This document shows positions 35,570 to 47,032 of a stretch of 64,000 nt of DNA, one piece after another. Position numbers and translations under genes: made by a program. The DNA comes from Rebecca billardiae RCC1528. Lineage: Eukaryota > Protista > Haptophyta. The stretch's first letter is position 1. Every line of letters begins with the position of its first letter. The stretch is taken from assembly GCA_965240325.2 (NCBI GenBank), contig OZ251223.1:1054001-1118000 (forward strand), written 5' to 3'. The notes beneath the pieces were generated by a model. The model saw only the letters and a list, made by a program, of their open reading frames with translations. It had not been told where the DNA came from and did not search any database.

Positions 35570-36685
35570 TCACTCGCGCGGGGCCTCTGCGTTCGTATGC
35601 CTCGACCGCGGCAACGGGCAGCCGAGTGCATGCGAGTCTGGCGCACAGTATGTGGTGGGGGTCGCGCCCGGCGTGGGTACGAGCACCCCTGCAGCGTCTC
35701 GCCTGAGCGGCGCGCTCTGCCTGGGCAGTGGCGCCCCCGGCCGCGACCACACAGTCTCGCCGTGTGGCCACGAGGGCGGGCAGATGGCGATGAGTCGCGC
35801 GAAGCCACCCGTGCCGCCGCGCGGCTTGGCGAAACCGATCGATATCAGCGCGCCCTTCTCCGGCACGAGGTGCAGGTTGTTCACCCCCTCCGCCTGCATG
35901 TAGTCGTTGTGCATCAGCCACGCCTCGCCCTCGAGCGAGGGCGTCATGTCGGTGTCGAGCGGCTCGTGGCCGTGGAAGAGGATCGCGCGGCTCTCATGCA
36001 GGTGGCGCAGCGTGGCCAGGGCGACGCCCGGGAAGACGTCGGGCAGCTTGCCGCCCTTGTACGCGTCCCATCCCGCGCTCCAGCCCGTGCGGAACATGAC
36101 CACAGAGCCGCGAGGGACGGTGCCGTGCTTCTTCTCCCACGCAGCGACGTCCTCGGGCTGCGCGGCGTAGCCGGGGTTGGTCGCGACCTTGGCGGTCACG
36201 TCGATCACGACGAGAGGTCGCACAGCGACAGTAGGCGGGATATCGCTGATCGTCGCGCCGAGCTCGTTCCAGTGCGCTGGCGGGTCGAGCTGCGTCCCCA
36301 GCTGATCGGTCGAGAGGTGGTAGGCGGTCGCCACGAAGCCCTGGCGTGCGTACGAGAAGTTCTCGCCCTTCTGGATGAAATCGGGCATGTCACGCGACGC
36401 CGTCGAGGCGGAGAAGGCCGGCTGCGCGAAGGCCGGCCAGATGGGCGAGTCCGGCTCGAAGGCGTGCGTGAGGTCAATGTGCTTGGCGTGGATGAGCTGG
36501 TCCTCGTAGATTTCGAGGAGCGAATCGCTCTCTGACAATTGGTGGACCAGAGCCAAGGCGAGGGCAACAACCACGATGAGGAGCAGCACCACCACGCCAA
36601 TGAGCACGTGCGTCAAGCGCTCAAGCCGCGTCCTCTCGTGATTCACCATGGTCATCGCGCCCGGCGCGCCGCTGTCTTCCGTCAT
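35570..36685 (-). CDS. Cyclase/kynurenine formamidase-family protein with N-terminal TM anchor
   Basis: IDLTHAF, QLGTQLDPPAH, PLVVIDV, VMFRTGWS, FPG, GHEPLDTD, QAEG..NL..VPEKGA, GGTGGFARLIA. Confidence 0.85.
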   Translation of the reverse strand: MTEDSGAPGAMTMVNHERTRLERLTHVLIGVVVLLLIVVVALALALVHQLSESDSLLEIYEDQLIHAKHIDLTHAFEPDSPIWPAFAQPAFSASTASRDMPDFIQKGENFSYARQGFVATAYHLSTDQLGTQLDPPAHWNELGATISDIPPTVAVRPLVVIDVTAKVATNPGYAAQPEDVAAWEKKHGTVPRGSVVMFRTGWSAGWDAYKGGKLPDVFPGVALATLRHLHESRAILFHGHEPLDTDMTPSLEGEAWLMHNDYMQAEGVNNLHLVPEKGALISIGFAKPRGGTGGFARLIAICPPSWPHGETVWSRPGAPLPRQSAPLRRDAAGVLVPTPGATPTTYCAPDSHALGCPLPRSRHTNAEAPRE

Positions 36686-36900
36686 GCTGATGATGGCGTG
36701 TGGCCGTGAGGGCGGCCGCACAACCGTTACAGTTACAAGTACTCTGGTGTACTATCATACACCCCATAATATCATCAGGCTGTTTAGTTACGGCCCTTGG
36801 TTTAGTGCGGTTGGAACTCGTGTCTCCCCCCCCTTTCATTCCTTTGGTGTCTCGTCTCAAATTTGAAATGGTCAGCCCGCGTCGGCAGTGACTCGCCACG

Positions 36901-39623
36901 ATGGCCGCCCAGCTCGCGCCGCGCGAGCGTGCTCGGCTCGAGCACCTGCTGAGGCTAAACTGCGACCGCGGCGACGCGCGCGTAGTAGAGGCGCGAGACG
37001 TGTGCAGCGCGCTGCTGCGCTCGCGCTTCGAGGAGCGCATCCGAGTGCTGCACCAGCGGCGCGTGATCGACGTGTTTGTGGAGGCGGCGCTGCTGACAGC
37101 TCCCAACGGCTTGCAACGCGTGATCGACGAGGGTTTCCGGGTGGCGAAGCGCGGGCTCGTCTTCCCGCACGGTCAGGTGCAGCTGCCACCGGGACAGGCG
37201 CACCGGCTGCTCCACTGCCTGCTGGCCGTCGGCCGCAGCTACTGCGCGGAGGCGGGCGAGGTGCAGGCGATGACGGAGACGGTGGCGAGCAGCACGCGCG
37301 CGCTGCCGACCGGCTTCGACAGCTTCCGTCTGCTCAACGTGCAGCTCGCCGCAAGCGGGTCCACGCCTGGCGGCGTGCCGCGATACGCGCCCTCCGAGGG
37401 CTACTACGCAGAGTACGTCGTCTTCGACAGCGCGCAGGTGCTGCCGTGCGCAGTGCTCGTGTGCGACCCGGGAGGTGCTGGGCCCGAGCGCACGCCCGCG
37501 GCAGCAGGCAGCCCGCGGCGCGAGGTGCTCGACCCGGACCGCGTGCCGCGCTTCTGGGATTCGAAGTGGAAGGTCGCCGTCTCCGTGCACGACAAGATGC
37601 TCGGCACGCACGCCGTCGGCGACGCGGCGACCCACCCGCTCATGCCGGTGGAGGACGCAGTGCGCGCGACCCTCGACACGCCGGCGCCGGAGCCTGCGTC
37701 CGTGCGCCGGTACCGCGCGGCGCTCAACGCGCGGCGGGCTGAGCTCGCGCGCATGCAGGGCGAGCTCGTGCGCAACACCGAGGCGGTCGAGCGCGAGATC
37801 TACGCCAACGTCCAGGCCACGCTCGAGCGGCTGCGCGAGCTGAGCACCGCCAAGCAGCGCATGCTCGTCAGCGACCTCGCCGAGCTCGAGCGCCAACAGG
37901 GCGCGCTCACGCGCGCCGAGGCGTTCGCCAAGCGGCACGCGCTGGGCGCGTCGGCGGCAGAGCGGCTGTCGCACTTCCACGAGACGAGGCGCGCCGCAGC
38001 CGAGATCGCGCCCGCCGAGCTCGAGCTCTTCGCGCGCTGGCCACCGGTCGTGCCGGACATTGTTCTGAGCGGCGCGCTCGCCGTCGAGAGCGCAAGCGCG
38101 GCCGAGGCCGACGCGGCCGCGACGCAGGCGCGAGCAGAGAAGGCCACGCAGCCGGTCGGCACCGACGAGGGGGAGGCGGACGGCGAGTACGACGGCGCGC
38201 GCGCCAGCCCGCATAGCCTGCCCTCCCTCGCCTCGCCGCTCAACTCGCCCGGCGCGCACCGCCCGACTTGGGATGCGCCGCCCTCGGCCGGAGCAGCGGG
38301 CGCGCACGGGCGCGCGAACGGCACGCCCGGTCTGCTCGGCGGGCCGCTGGCGTGTTCGCCGTACGCGCAGCCGCGCGGCTGGCCCCTCTCGCCGGCGTGC
38401 TCCGCGGCCATCGGCTCGAGCGGCATGGCACACGCCGTGGGCGGCAGGCAGGCCGCGCTCGCCACGCCTGGCGCCGCCGAGCCTCGCAGCAGCGGCATCG
38501 CCGGCCATGGCGCCCAGCCAACGCTCGCCTCGCCGCCGCCAGGCGCGGCGTCGCACGCGCAGGCCGCGCCCTCGCTCGACCCTTGGAGTCCAGCGCCCGC
38601 GCCGCACGCACTCACCGACCTGTCGCTGCGCGGCGCGGCGGAGCGGCACGAGGCTCTGATGGCGGGCCGCCGCTCCGCCGCGCGCGCCTCCACGGGCCCC
38701 GCGCCCTTCGACGGCTCGGCCATCCTGAGCGCCGAGCAGGCCTCTGTCCTATTCGCTGCGCTCGCGCTGCCGTCCGAGCCAATCACAGCGCTCCTCTTCT
38801 CGTCGCGCGTGCACGGCCGCTCCGTGCGCGAGCTGCACGCCAAGTGCGACGGCCGCGGGCCGACGGTCGTCCTGTGCTCTGCGCGGGGGCACCACTTCGG
38901 CGGCTTCGCCAGCACGCCGTGGAATAGCGCTGGCGTTCGCTTCGGTGCGCGCCCCCAGGGCTCTGCGCCCGCGCGCCGCTGCGGGCCGCACGCCGCCTCG
39001 CGCGCGCTTCGGTTCCTGCGCGCTTGCCGCCGCGCGCCGCGGCGCGAGTCGTTCACCCGCGCCGTGCCCGCGATCGCGCCCCCCCGTGCGCACTAGGGAC
39101 GCGCAAGTGCTTCCTCTTCTCGCTCACACACGACATGCGCGTGCCGTGCGTGGCCACGCACTCCGAGCAGTGCTGCCTGTGGGGCTCAGAGGACGTCTTG
39201 GCCTTTGGGATGACCGACCTGGTGCTCCAATGTGAGTGAGCGAGCCTTGGCGCGCATCCGCGCGCGCGCGCCCACGCGCCGGGGAGCTCCCGATGCGCCG
39301 GCGCTCGTCACACCCGCCCTCTTGCGCACACCCCGCCTGCCCGCCTGCTGCCATCGCTTCAACCGCGCCGCCATCCGCCCTCGCCCGCAGCCACCCTGGA
39401 CGAGTGCTCGTCCCAGCTCGAGCAGAGCTACAGCATCGGCTTGTCACCAGAGGAGGCCAGCGTGTTCCTCGCCGGGGCGCCGACGTTCGCCTGCGACCAC
39501 GTTGAGGTGTGGGCACTCACGCCCTCTGCCGCTGTGCCTGTCTCCGCGAACGGCGGCGCATCGGCTGGCGCCGTGCTGCCCCTGCTGATGACGACATCGC
39601 AGCGAAAGGCAGTGTCAGGCTGA
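36901..39623 (+). CDS. Protein with PARP-like N-terminal fold, coiled coil and C-terminal TLDc domain. Exons 36901-38944, 39097-39231, 39391-39623.
   Basis: TLDc motifs LLFSSRVHG..LHAKCDGRGPTVV..FGGFA..PW..CFLFSL..FLAGA..F...HVEVW are restored by two GT-AG introns. The N-terminus has AVGRS..LP.GFDS..EYVVFDSAQVLP. Confidence 0.8.
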
Positions 39624-41180
39624 GGGCTGAAATGCCCTGCTCGAGTCCGTCACTGGCAGAGAATGGCTGTCTGGCAGCGGCGTCGCTGACTAAGGGAGTT
39701 ACTAAGGCTAAGCCAAAATTCGAATTAAAAGCCGGGCCCGGCCCCAGGGGTCTCAAGTAAGGTGACAAGCTAGCTCACCGCGGCTGCTGATATATCGATG
39801 ATGATTATATATATTATTCATCACTTAATTATTATGCGATATAAGTATACGGCTGACTGCTAATAGGCTGCGCTGTGCACTCTCTTAGCAGTCACTCTGT
39901 CTCTGGTGATTACTAGTAAGTAGTATCATCATTGTGATTCTGCGCGCGCGCGCGGCGGCGTGCCGCCGATCATCGTCACTCAACGTCAATACTCATATCA
40001 GCATCGCGTCATCACATGACAGTAGATGTCAGTGTCGGGCTATCCGGACTCGCCGGATACCCGTGTGGCACCGAGCGCGAGTAGCTGCTCGACCGCTGCT
40101 TAAGCGCGAGGGGAGTAATCACTACAAGCTGGTGATTACACCTTTCGTCAAGGATACGTTCATTCCTTCCACTCCAATAGTAGTCGCTCGTCATAGTCGT
40201 CATTATCTACTTCCGTATGCGATGTTCTACCCGGTTACCAGGGCGACGCAGATACATACGGAGATCGTGGCTTCCACATTAGCCACGTTGCCGATGTTAA
40301 ACCGCTTCGGAGGCTGCCTCGGCGTTTAGCCGAGCCAGCCAGCCAGGCAGAGGTTCGGAGCCATCCATCCCCTGGTTGCCCCCCCAGTCAGGCCAGGGCC
40401 CATTGCCGTAGGCAGAAGCCACACGCCTTCGTTTCGAGAGCCCTAGTAATGTCTCAGAGTCAGATTCGTCAGAATCTGAATCAGCAGACTTGGGCTTGGC
40501 TCCGGCTCCGGTCCACCCCTGCAGCTCCGCGTTACGTCTCACTCAGACGATTCAGTGGCCCCGAGCCGAAGTGGCAACCTGGAAGCGGACCATGCAGCAG
40601 AGTCCCTTGGCGACCCCCGATCATTGATGACTTAGTGACAACTGAGAGAGTCGTCAGTGAGACGAAAGTGTCGCATCCGTGATCCAACCGCCTCCCAATG
40701 GGTTCAGACTCTATTTTTACTATGTAATTAGCTTACCCGTCCCTTACTCAGATCTCAGCACAGGGGCCCCGCGGACGGCGGGCGCGGACCGTCCGCCGGT
40801 CCCGGAGCGTTCCGGACACCTACGGTATACATGCATATGCGAAATTGCCGTCGCACCCGGACTGATAGCAGGTCAGGCTGATGTCATCAATGACATCCGC
40901 GACATCTGACCTGGTCAGTATTCTCGGTTATTCTCCTGACAGTAACTAAGTCGTAGCGTAAGTATTGTCCACTAGCGCGGCGGCAGACCGCGGGGCCCCG
41001 TAGTGCCATCACGGCGCAGGCCCGGGGTGGTCTAGGAGCTATAGTGTAGATCATCAGAGGCAGCGATCCCGCCGACGATTGCAGTGTCAAGATGTATAAC
41101 GCTCCGCCAGTGACCGGACTGGGGCGGGTGGACCGAAGCCGTCGGAGCCCCAGGTTGTTAAAATCGCCACTCAGACTCAG

Positions 41181-41927
41181 TCAGCGCTTGACGAGGGGGA
41201 CGTACCGGACGAGCATCAGCCTGCGTTGGTGCACGGCGCCGTCTTCGTCTTTGTCGATAGCCATCAGTGCCTGCTCGTCTGTGCCCACTGGGATGATCAT
41301 GCGCCCGCCGGGCTTGAGCTGCTCGACCAGCGCCTGTGGCACCGTCGCAGCTGCAGCGCCGACGTGAATCGCATCGAAGGAATGGCCAGGCACGCCCTTC
41401 CACCCGTCAGTGACGGCGAGGCTCACGCGCGCACGGCCGCCACTCGGCGAGGGCGAGAGCAGGCCAGCCGAGTGCTTCGCGATGTTCGTTCGTGCCATGT
41501 CCACCAGCTCGGGCAGGTAGTCGATGCCGTGCACGGTGCCGCGCTCGCCGACCATGTGCGCCATCGCTGCCGACAGATATCCGGAGCCGACGCCGACGTC
41601 GAGGGCATTGGCTCCATCGATCAGCCTTTCCTTGAGCTGTATGAGCGCATGCGCGTGCATATGCGGCGCGCTGATCGTCGCTGCGTGCCCAATCGGCAGC
41701 GGATTGTCAGCATACGCTTGCAAGCCCGCATCTGGCCGGCAGTAGTCAGCGCGGTCGAGCGCGCGCATGGCAATCTCAACGCGCTGGTCGCTGACTATGC
41801 CTGCGCGTATGAGATGATCAATCAGCCCGTCATTCGACCGAGAAGGCCCCATGTACGCCGCGGTCGGGAGGAGGCGACAGAGAAGTCCGGCGAAAAGGAC
41901 GGGACGGCGAGTGCTCAGGCCGAACAT
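41181..41927 (-). CDS. PCMT1: Protein-L-isoaspartate O-methyltransferase
   Basis: AYADNPLPIG..ATISAPHMHA, ALDVGVGSGYL, FDAIHVGAAA, LVEQLKPGGRMIIPVG, VRYVPL. Confidence 0.95.
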   Translation of the reverse strand: MFGLSTRRPVLFAGLLCRLLPTAAYMGPSRSNDGLIDHLIRAGIVSDQRVEIAMRALDRADYCRPDAGLQAYADNPLPIGHAATISAPHMHAHALIQLKERLIDGANALDVGVGSGYLSAAMAHMVGERGTVHGIDYLPELVDMARTNIAKHSAGLLSPSPSGGRARVSLAVTDGWKGVPGHSFDAIHVGAAAATVPQALVEQLKPGGRMIIPVGTDEQALMAIDKDEDGAVHQRRLMLVRYVPLVKR

Positions 41928-41978
41928 GCGGGCCGGCTTGGGCGTGCGACCAACGAGGAATGGTGCGACCTAGCTAGA

Positions 41979-42044
41979 TAAAAGATTAGCTGGCCGCCCG
42001 GCCGGGGCGTCTAAAAGATTAGCTGGCCGCCCGGCCGGGGCGTC
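41979..42044. repeat. Perfect 33-bp tandem duplication in the divergent promoter
   Basis: TAAAAGATTAGCTGGCCGCCCGGCCGGGGCGTC x2. Confidence 0.9.
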
Positions 42045-42265
42045 GTCAATATCCTCGCCTCGCAATATGCCTCGCCTCGCCAGTGCGCACCGCCCGCGTG
42101 GCGCGGTCCGGTGCAAGCCAGTTCGATCCGCTCTCAGCTCCGGACGCACCCCGTGGCCCACCACGGAAAGGCGAACAGACTTTCAACTTGCAGACTGTCT
42201 TCCGGCGGCTGTTTTTGCAACGGAATCGTGAATCGTCGCAGTCTCCCAAGCAGGCACGGCGAAAC

Positions 42266-45200
42266 ATGCCGGCCGCCTGCCGAATCGCTGTGATTGCCGT
42301 GGCCGTCGCCGCGGCGTGTGCTCTCGTACTGCTTCTCAACGACGACGGCGACACGCTTCGGGCAGCTACTGACGACGTTGTGATCTTTGGCCGCCTTCTC
42401 GTCGCCTACGGCGCGAGTGCATGGCCGCATGGCCCCGTTGGTGCGGACATGGGCGTGCGCGCTCTCGTCCCACTTCTGCGCAGCCCGCTGACTGGAAGCA
42501 CACAAGCGTACGCGATGGGCTTGCTCGCGACGCTGTCCCGAGAGCGCGATGGGCTCAGCGCGCTCGCGACCGGCGGTGCCATCCGCCCTTTGCTGCGCTC
42601 ACTCGAGCGCAGCCGCGGGGCATCGAGGGCGGACATTGCTATCACTCTCTCGCGCCTCGCGGCCGACAGCGAGCAGGGGCCGACGATGATCAACGAAGGG
42701 GCGATACCGCCGCTCGCCCGTGCCATACGCTCGACGGATCCCACCGTGCAAGCCGCTGCTGCCCTCGCGCTCGGTGGTCTCATCGTGGACGTGCGCACCG
42801 CGGTCGACAGCCTGCGTGCTGGCGCCGCGTCGGCGCTCGTGCGGCTCGCCGTGCGCGGACGCACGCCGACGGCGCGTGCGTCGGCGGCGTTCGCGCTGGG
42901 GCACCTGATCCACGCGGTGCGCGGCTGCATTGCTCTCGCCGTGCTCTTCGGCCTCGCCATCGCGCACGTGGCTCCCCGCGCATGGCATAGCCCATCGCGC
43001 GTCTGGCTGCGTCGCGCCGCGGCGCAACGCTTGCTCGGTCTCCCGCCGGAGAAGCCGGCCGCAGGCAGCGCGCCCGCTGCAAAGGGCACGCCGCTGAAGC
43101 GCCCAGCACGCTCGTCCTTCCGCTCGTCCACGCGCTCCTCCGTCGGCGGCGACATCCCGCTCACCGACCCGTCCGAGGTGCCCGACGGCGACGTGATCCT
43201 GGTCTCTCACGCGCTCGAGACGTTCCCGGACTCGGCGGCGGTGGCGCTGGGCGGGTCGAAGGCGCTCGTCGCGCTGTGCGACGGCGAGTCGAAGGAGGCG
43301 GGGATGCAGCGGCATCTGGCCGGGGAGGCCGGCGCCGTGCGCGCCCTCGTCAGCGCGCTGCACGCGCACCTCCGCTCCGCCCTCGTTGTCGAGTGGCTGT
43401 GCGCTGCGCTCGCGCAGCTGTGCTCGGGCGACCGCGCGGACGGGGCCAAGCGCAGGCAGACAGCGCTGACGGCGCACGCGGTCGAGCACATCGTGCACGC
43501 GCTCGAGACGCACACGCCCGAGCCCGCGGTGCAGGAGTGGGCCTGCGTCGCGCTCGTGCAGCTCTGCTCGCGCGACGATGTCGGCTCGCGCACGTGCGCG
43601 TCAGCCGCCCTGGGCGAGGGCGCGCTGCAATCGATCGGGACGGCGCTCGAGACGCATCTGATGGACGTGCGCGTGCAGGAGTGGGGCCTGCGCGCGCTCG
43701 TGGCGATCGGCGACGCGCCACCCGGCTCGCCTCGGGCGAAGGGCAGCCCGATGCGCAGGCCGCGCGGCTCGTACGGCGCGGCAGCCATCGAGATTGACGA
43801 GGACGCGGTGAACGCCGCGCTCCGGACGCACCGAGATCACGACGAGATCCAGTTCTGGGGCAAGCTCGCGCTCGGTGTCGCGGAGCGGGCGGAAGCCCTG
43901 AAGCAGGAGGCGCTGAACCCGCCGCTGGCGGGGTACACCTACGGGGGCAGCTTGAGCGTGGGCGCGGGCGGCTCGAGTGACTTCTCGGCGGGCCCATCGG
44001 CGGAGATGGACGAATCCGAGGCAGGACCTTCGGATCGGAGCCGCGCGGGCGCATCGTACTCGGCCGACTCGGACGCGCTCAGCGCCGTGTCTGACACCGT
44101 CATCCACGTGCCCACGGCATCCTCGCAGAAGCTGCCGCTGCCGACCTCGCAGAAGCTGCCGCTGCCGACCTCGCCGAAGCTGCCGCTGCCGACCTCGCCG
44201 AAGCTGCCGCTGCCGACCTCGCAGAAGCTGCCGCTGCCGACCTCGCAGAAGCTGCCGCTGCCGACCTCGCAGAAGCTGCCGCTGCCGACCTCGCCGAAGC
44301 TGCCGCTGCCGACCTCGCAGAAGCTGCCGCTGCCGACCTCGCAGAAGCTGCCGCTGCCGACCTCGCAGAAGCTGCCGCTGCCGACGGGAAGCCTGCCGCT
44401 GCCACAGGGCCGTGAGGGGGTGGTGGCGCAAGCTCCTGCATCAACTGCACCGACTGCAGTTGCGACTGCGCCGGCTGCAGCTGAGAAATCGCTCGACGAG
44501 CTCCTGCGCACAAGGCAGCCAGCTCTGGACGGCTCTGCTGCTGGAGTGCTCGACCATGCAGGCACGGCTGCACCGGTCGAGCTGCAGGCAGAGCTCACGG
44601 CGCCATCGGCATTCAGCGCCGGGGCCCCGGGCGATGAGGCGGATCTCAGCTCGCGCCCAGCAGCTGCCGCCGCTGCACCAGTCGACGAGATGGCGACGAC
44701 CGTGGACTCCGATGACAGCGCGCCAGGCCTTCCAGACGGTGTCAACCTCCTGTCGGCTCCAGCCGCGGCGGCCGGTGGCGATGAGGAGGGCGACGACTTG
44801 GACGTCTACTTTGCGCACACGGCGGCAGTGGCCACGCACGCGGAGTCCGAGCCGGCTGCTGTCGCTTCGGCTCCAGCCGCGGCGGCCGGTGGCGACGAGG
44901 AGGGCGACGACTTGGACGTCTACTTCGGACGCATGGCGGCAGCGGTCACGCACGCGGAGCCCGAGGCGGCTGCGGCCGACGCGCCAGCTCCATCGGCTGC
45001 AAATGGCGACGACGGTGCGGAGCTGCCCCTCGCGCACGCCCCGGCTGCGCCTAGCGATGTCAACGCGTGGGCTCCAGCCGTGGCGGCAGCCGGTGGCGAC
45101 GAGGAGGGCGACGACTTGGACGTCTACTTCGGACGCACGGCGGCAGCGGTCACGCACGCGGAGTCCGAGCCGGCTGCTGTCGCTTCGGCTCCAGCCGCGG

Positions 45201-45937
45201 CGGCCGGTGGCGACGAGGAGGGCGACGACTTGGACGTCTTTTTTGCGCACACGACGGCAGCGGTCACGCACGCGGAGCCCGAGCCGGCTGCTGTCGCTTC
45301 GGCTCCAGCCGCGGCGGCCGGTGGCGACGAGGAGGGCGACGACTTGGACGTCTACTTCGGACGCACGGCGGCAGCAGTCACGCACGCGGAGCCCGAGCCG
45401 GCTGCTGGCGACGCGCCAGCTCCATCGGCTGCGGATCTTGGCATTGGTACCGAGCTCTACCCTGAGTTCGCGCTGGCTGTGCCCATGGATGCCAGCGAGT
45501 CGGCTGCTCCGGCGGATGAAGGCGACGACGACAACCTGGACCGTCTCCCCACGCAGACACCGGCTGCGGCGATCGACGCTGGCCCGTCGGCGCCGGCAGC
45601 TCCGCTGGCGGCGAGCGATGGTGACGACCTCGGCCTGGCCTCCGCACATCCTCCAGCAGAGGCGGCTGACGTGGGCGCGTTGTCTTCAGCAGAGGCGGAT
45701 GACAGCGATGACTTCGACGTCTACTTCAGCCCGCCGCGCGGACTCATTGCTGAGCTCGAGGCTGGAGCACAACACGAGGACCAGCTTGCCGATGGTGTCG
45801 AGAGCACGGAAGCAGCTGGTTCGTTGCCTTTCACTTTGGGCGTGCCTGCGGCAGCACCGGCGGCAGCACCGGAAGCAGAATTGGCAGCGACCGGGTCAGT
45901 GCCCGCCCCTGAGGCAGTCCGTCTGACGGTGCGATGA
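42266..45937 (+). CDS. Armadillo-repeat protein with N-terminal hydrophobic segment and long acidic repetitive tail
   Basis: GAIRPLLRSL, EGAIPPLA..VQAAAALAL, GAVRALVSAL.AH, VQEWACVAL..L. An unrecognised intron near 42917 is possible. Confidence 0.7.
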   Translation: MPAACRIAVIAVAVAAACALVLLLNDDGDTLRAATDDVVIFGRLLVAYGASAWPHGPVGADMGVRALVPLLRSPLTGSTQAYAMGLLATLSRERDGLSALATGGAIRPLLRSLERSRGASRADIAITLSRLAADSEQGPTMINEGAIPPLARAIRSTDPTVQAAAALALGGLIVDVRTAVDSLRAGAASALVRLAVRGRTPTARASAAFALGHLIHAVRGCIALAVLFGLAIAHVAPRAWHSPSRVWLRRAAAQRLLGLPPEKPAAGSAPAAKGTPLKRPARSSFRSSTRSSVGGDIPLTDPSEVPDGDVILVSHALETFPDSAAVALGGSKALVALCDGESKEAGMQRHLAGEAGAVRALVSALHAHLRSALVVEWLCAALAQLCSGDRADGAKRRQTALTAHAVEHIVHALETHTPEPAVQEWACVALVQLCSRDDVGSRTCASAALGEGALQSIGTALETHLMDVRVQEWGLRALVAIGDAPPGSPRAKGSPMRRPRGSYGAAAIEIDEDAVNAALRTHRDHDEIQFWGKLALGVAERAEALKQEALNPPLAGYTYGGSLSVGAGGSSDFSAGPSAEMDESEAGPSDRSRAGASYSADSDALSAVSDTVIHVPTASSQKLPLPTSQKLPLPTSPKLPLPTSPKLPLPTSQKLPLPTSQKLPLPTSQKLPLPTSPKLPLPTSQKLPLPTSQKLPLPTSQKLPLPTGSLPLPQGREGVVAQAPASTAPTAVATAPAAAEKSLDELLRTRQPALDGSAAGVLDHAGTAAPVELQAELTAPSAFSAGAPGDEADLSSRPAAAAAAPVDEMATTVDSDDSAPGLPDGVNLLSAPAAAAGGDEEGDDLDVYFAHTAAVATHAESEPAAVASAPAAAAGGDEEGDDLDVYFGRMAAAVTHAEPEAAAADAPAPSAANGDDGAELPLAHAPAAPSDVNAWAPAVAAAGGDEEGDDLDVYFGRTAAAVTHAESEPAAVASAPAAAAGGDEEGDDLDVFFAHTTAAVTHAEPEPAAVASAPAAAAGGDEEGDDLDVYFGRTAAAVTHAEPEPAAGDAPAPSAADLGIGTELYPEFALAVPMDASESAAPADEGDDDNLDRLPTQTPAAAIDAGPSAPAAPLAASDGDDLGLASAHPPAEAADVGALSSAEADDSDDFDVYFSPPRGLIAELEAGAQHEDQLADGVESTEAAGSLPFTLGVPAAAPAAAPEAELAATGSVPAPEAVRLTVR
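44121..44384 (+). repeat. 24-bp coding tandem repeat x11, TS(Q/P)KLPLP
   Basis: CCTCGC(A/C)GAAGCTGCCGCTGCCGA units. Confidence 0.95.
44755..45432 (+). repeat. ~39-aa coding repeats (APAAAAGGDEEGDDLDVYF...THAE.EP) x5
   Basis: Seen in DNA and translation. Confidence 0.9.
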
Positions 45938-46362
45938 GCTATACTGCTCACTATATATATATAGTGCGTCCGGGCCGAGCCCCGAAAGGAGCTCAAGCCT
46001 TCAAGCAGGCAATGTTACTCACTACTACTAGTGTACCACGACGCGGCCATGACGTCACTGTGATTATATTGATATATTATTCAGATGCGCCGACGGTATG
46101 AATTAGCCAGCAGTGCCAGCAGGTGAGTCACTCTCCGAGACCGAGTCCGGAGTCGGTCAGTGTCGGACGCCTGACGGCCCGTAATTCGTACGTACGTAAA
46201 TAAACGGGTGAGCCTCAGAGTCGATCAGATTCTATGCGCGAGTCACTGACATGCACTTGAAAGTCTCACCGTCTTAGTCCCGTCACTCACTCGTAACTAG
46301 AATCTGACTCATGCGCTGCTCTTAAAGCCTCTTAGACAGCAGACGCCTGGTAGGCTGGTAGC

Positions 46363-46743
<381 letters not shown>

Positions 46744-47032
46744 GCTGATACGAGTTCCGACTGCTCCGGATTCTCGGATGATTATTCGGCTGAGTGCTGA
46801 AGCCTGAGCAGGCTGTGGCGGACGGAGAATAAGTAAGGCAGTAGGGTCCTCCGGCGGACCGCCAGTGGCGCACGACCGACCTGGCGCAGTAGACAATAGG
46901 CTGTAGGGCTAGTACTGGCAGTAGCCAGTACAGCAGTCAGCAGGAGCCAGCAGCAAGCCGAGCGCGCTATACTAGCTATGCAGCATCGAAGCTGGGCGCG
47001 AATTCAGGCGCAGCGAGTCGTCTGGTATATCA

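Noticed and set aside
40297-40542. Short acidic/NLS-like ORF in a spacer
   Set aside because: Too short, with no family motif. It may be a TE remnant, but that cannot be supported.
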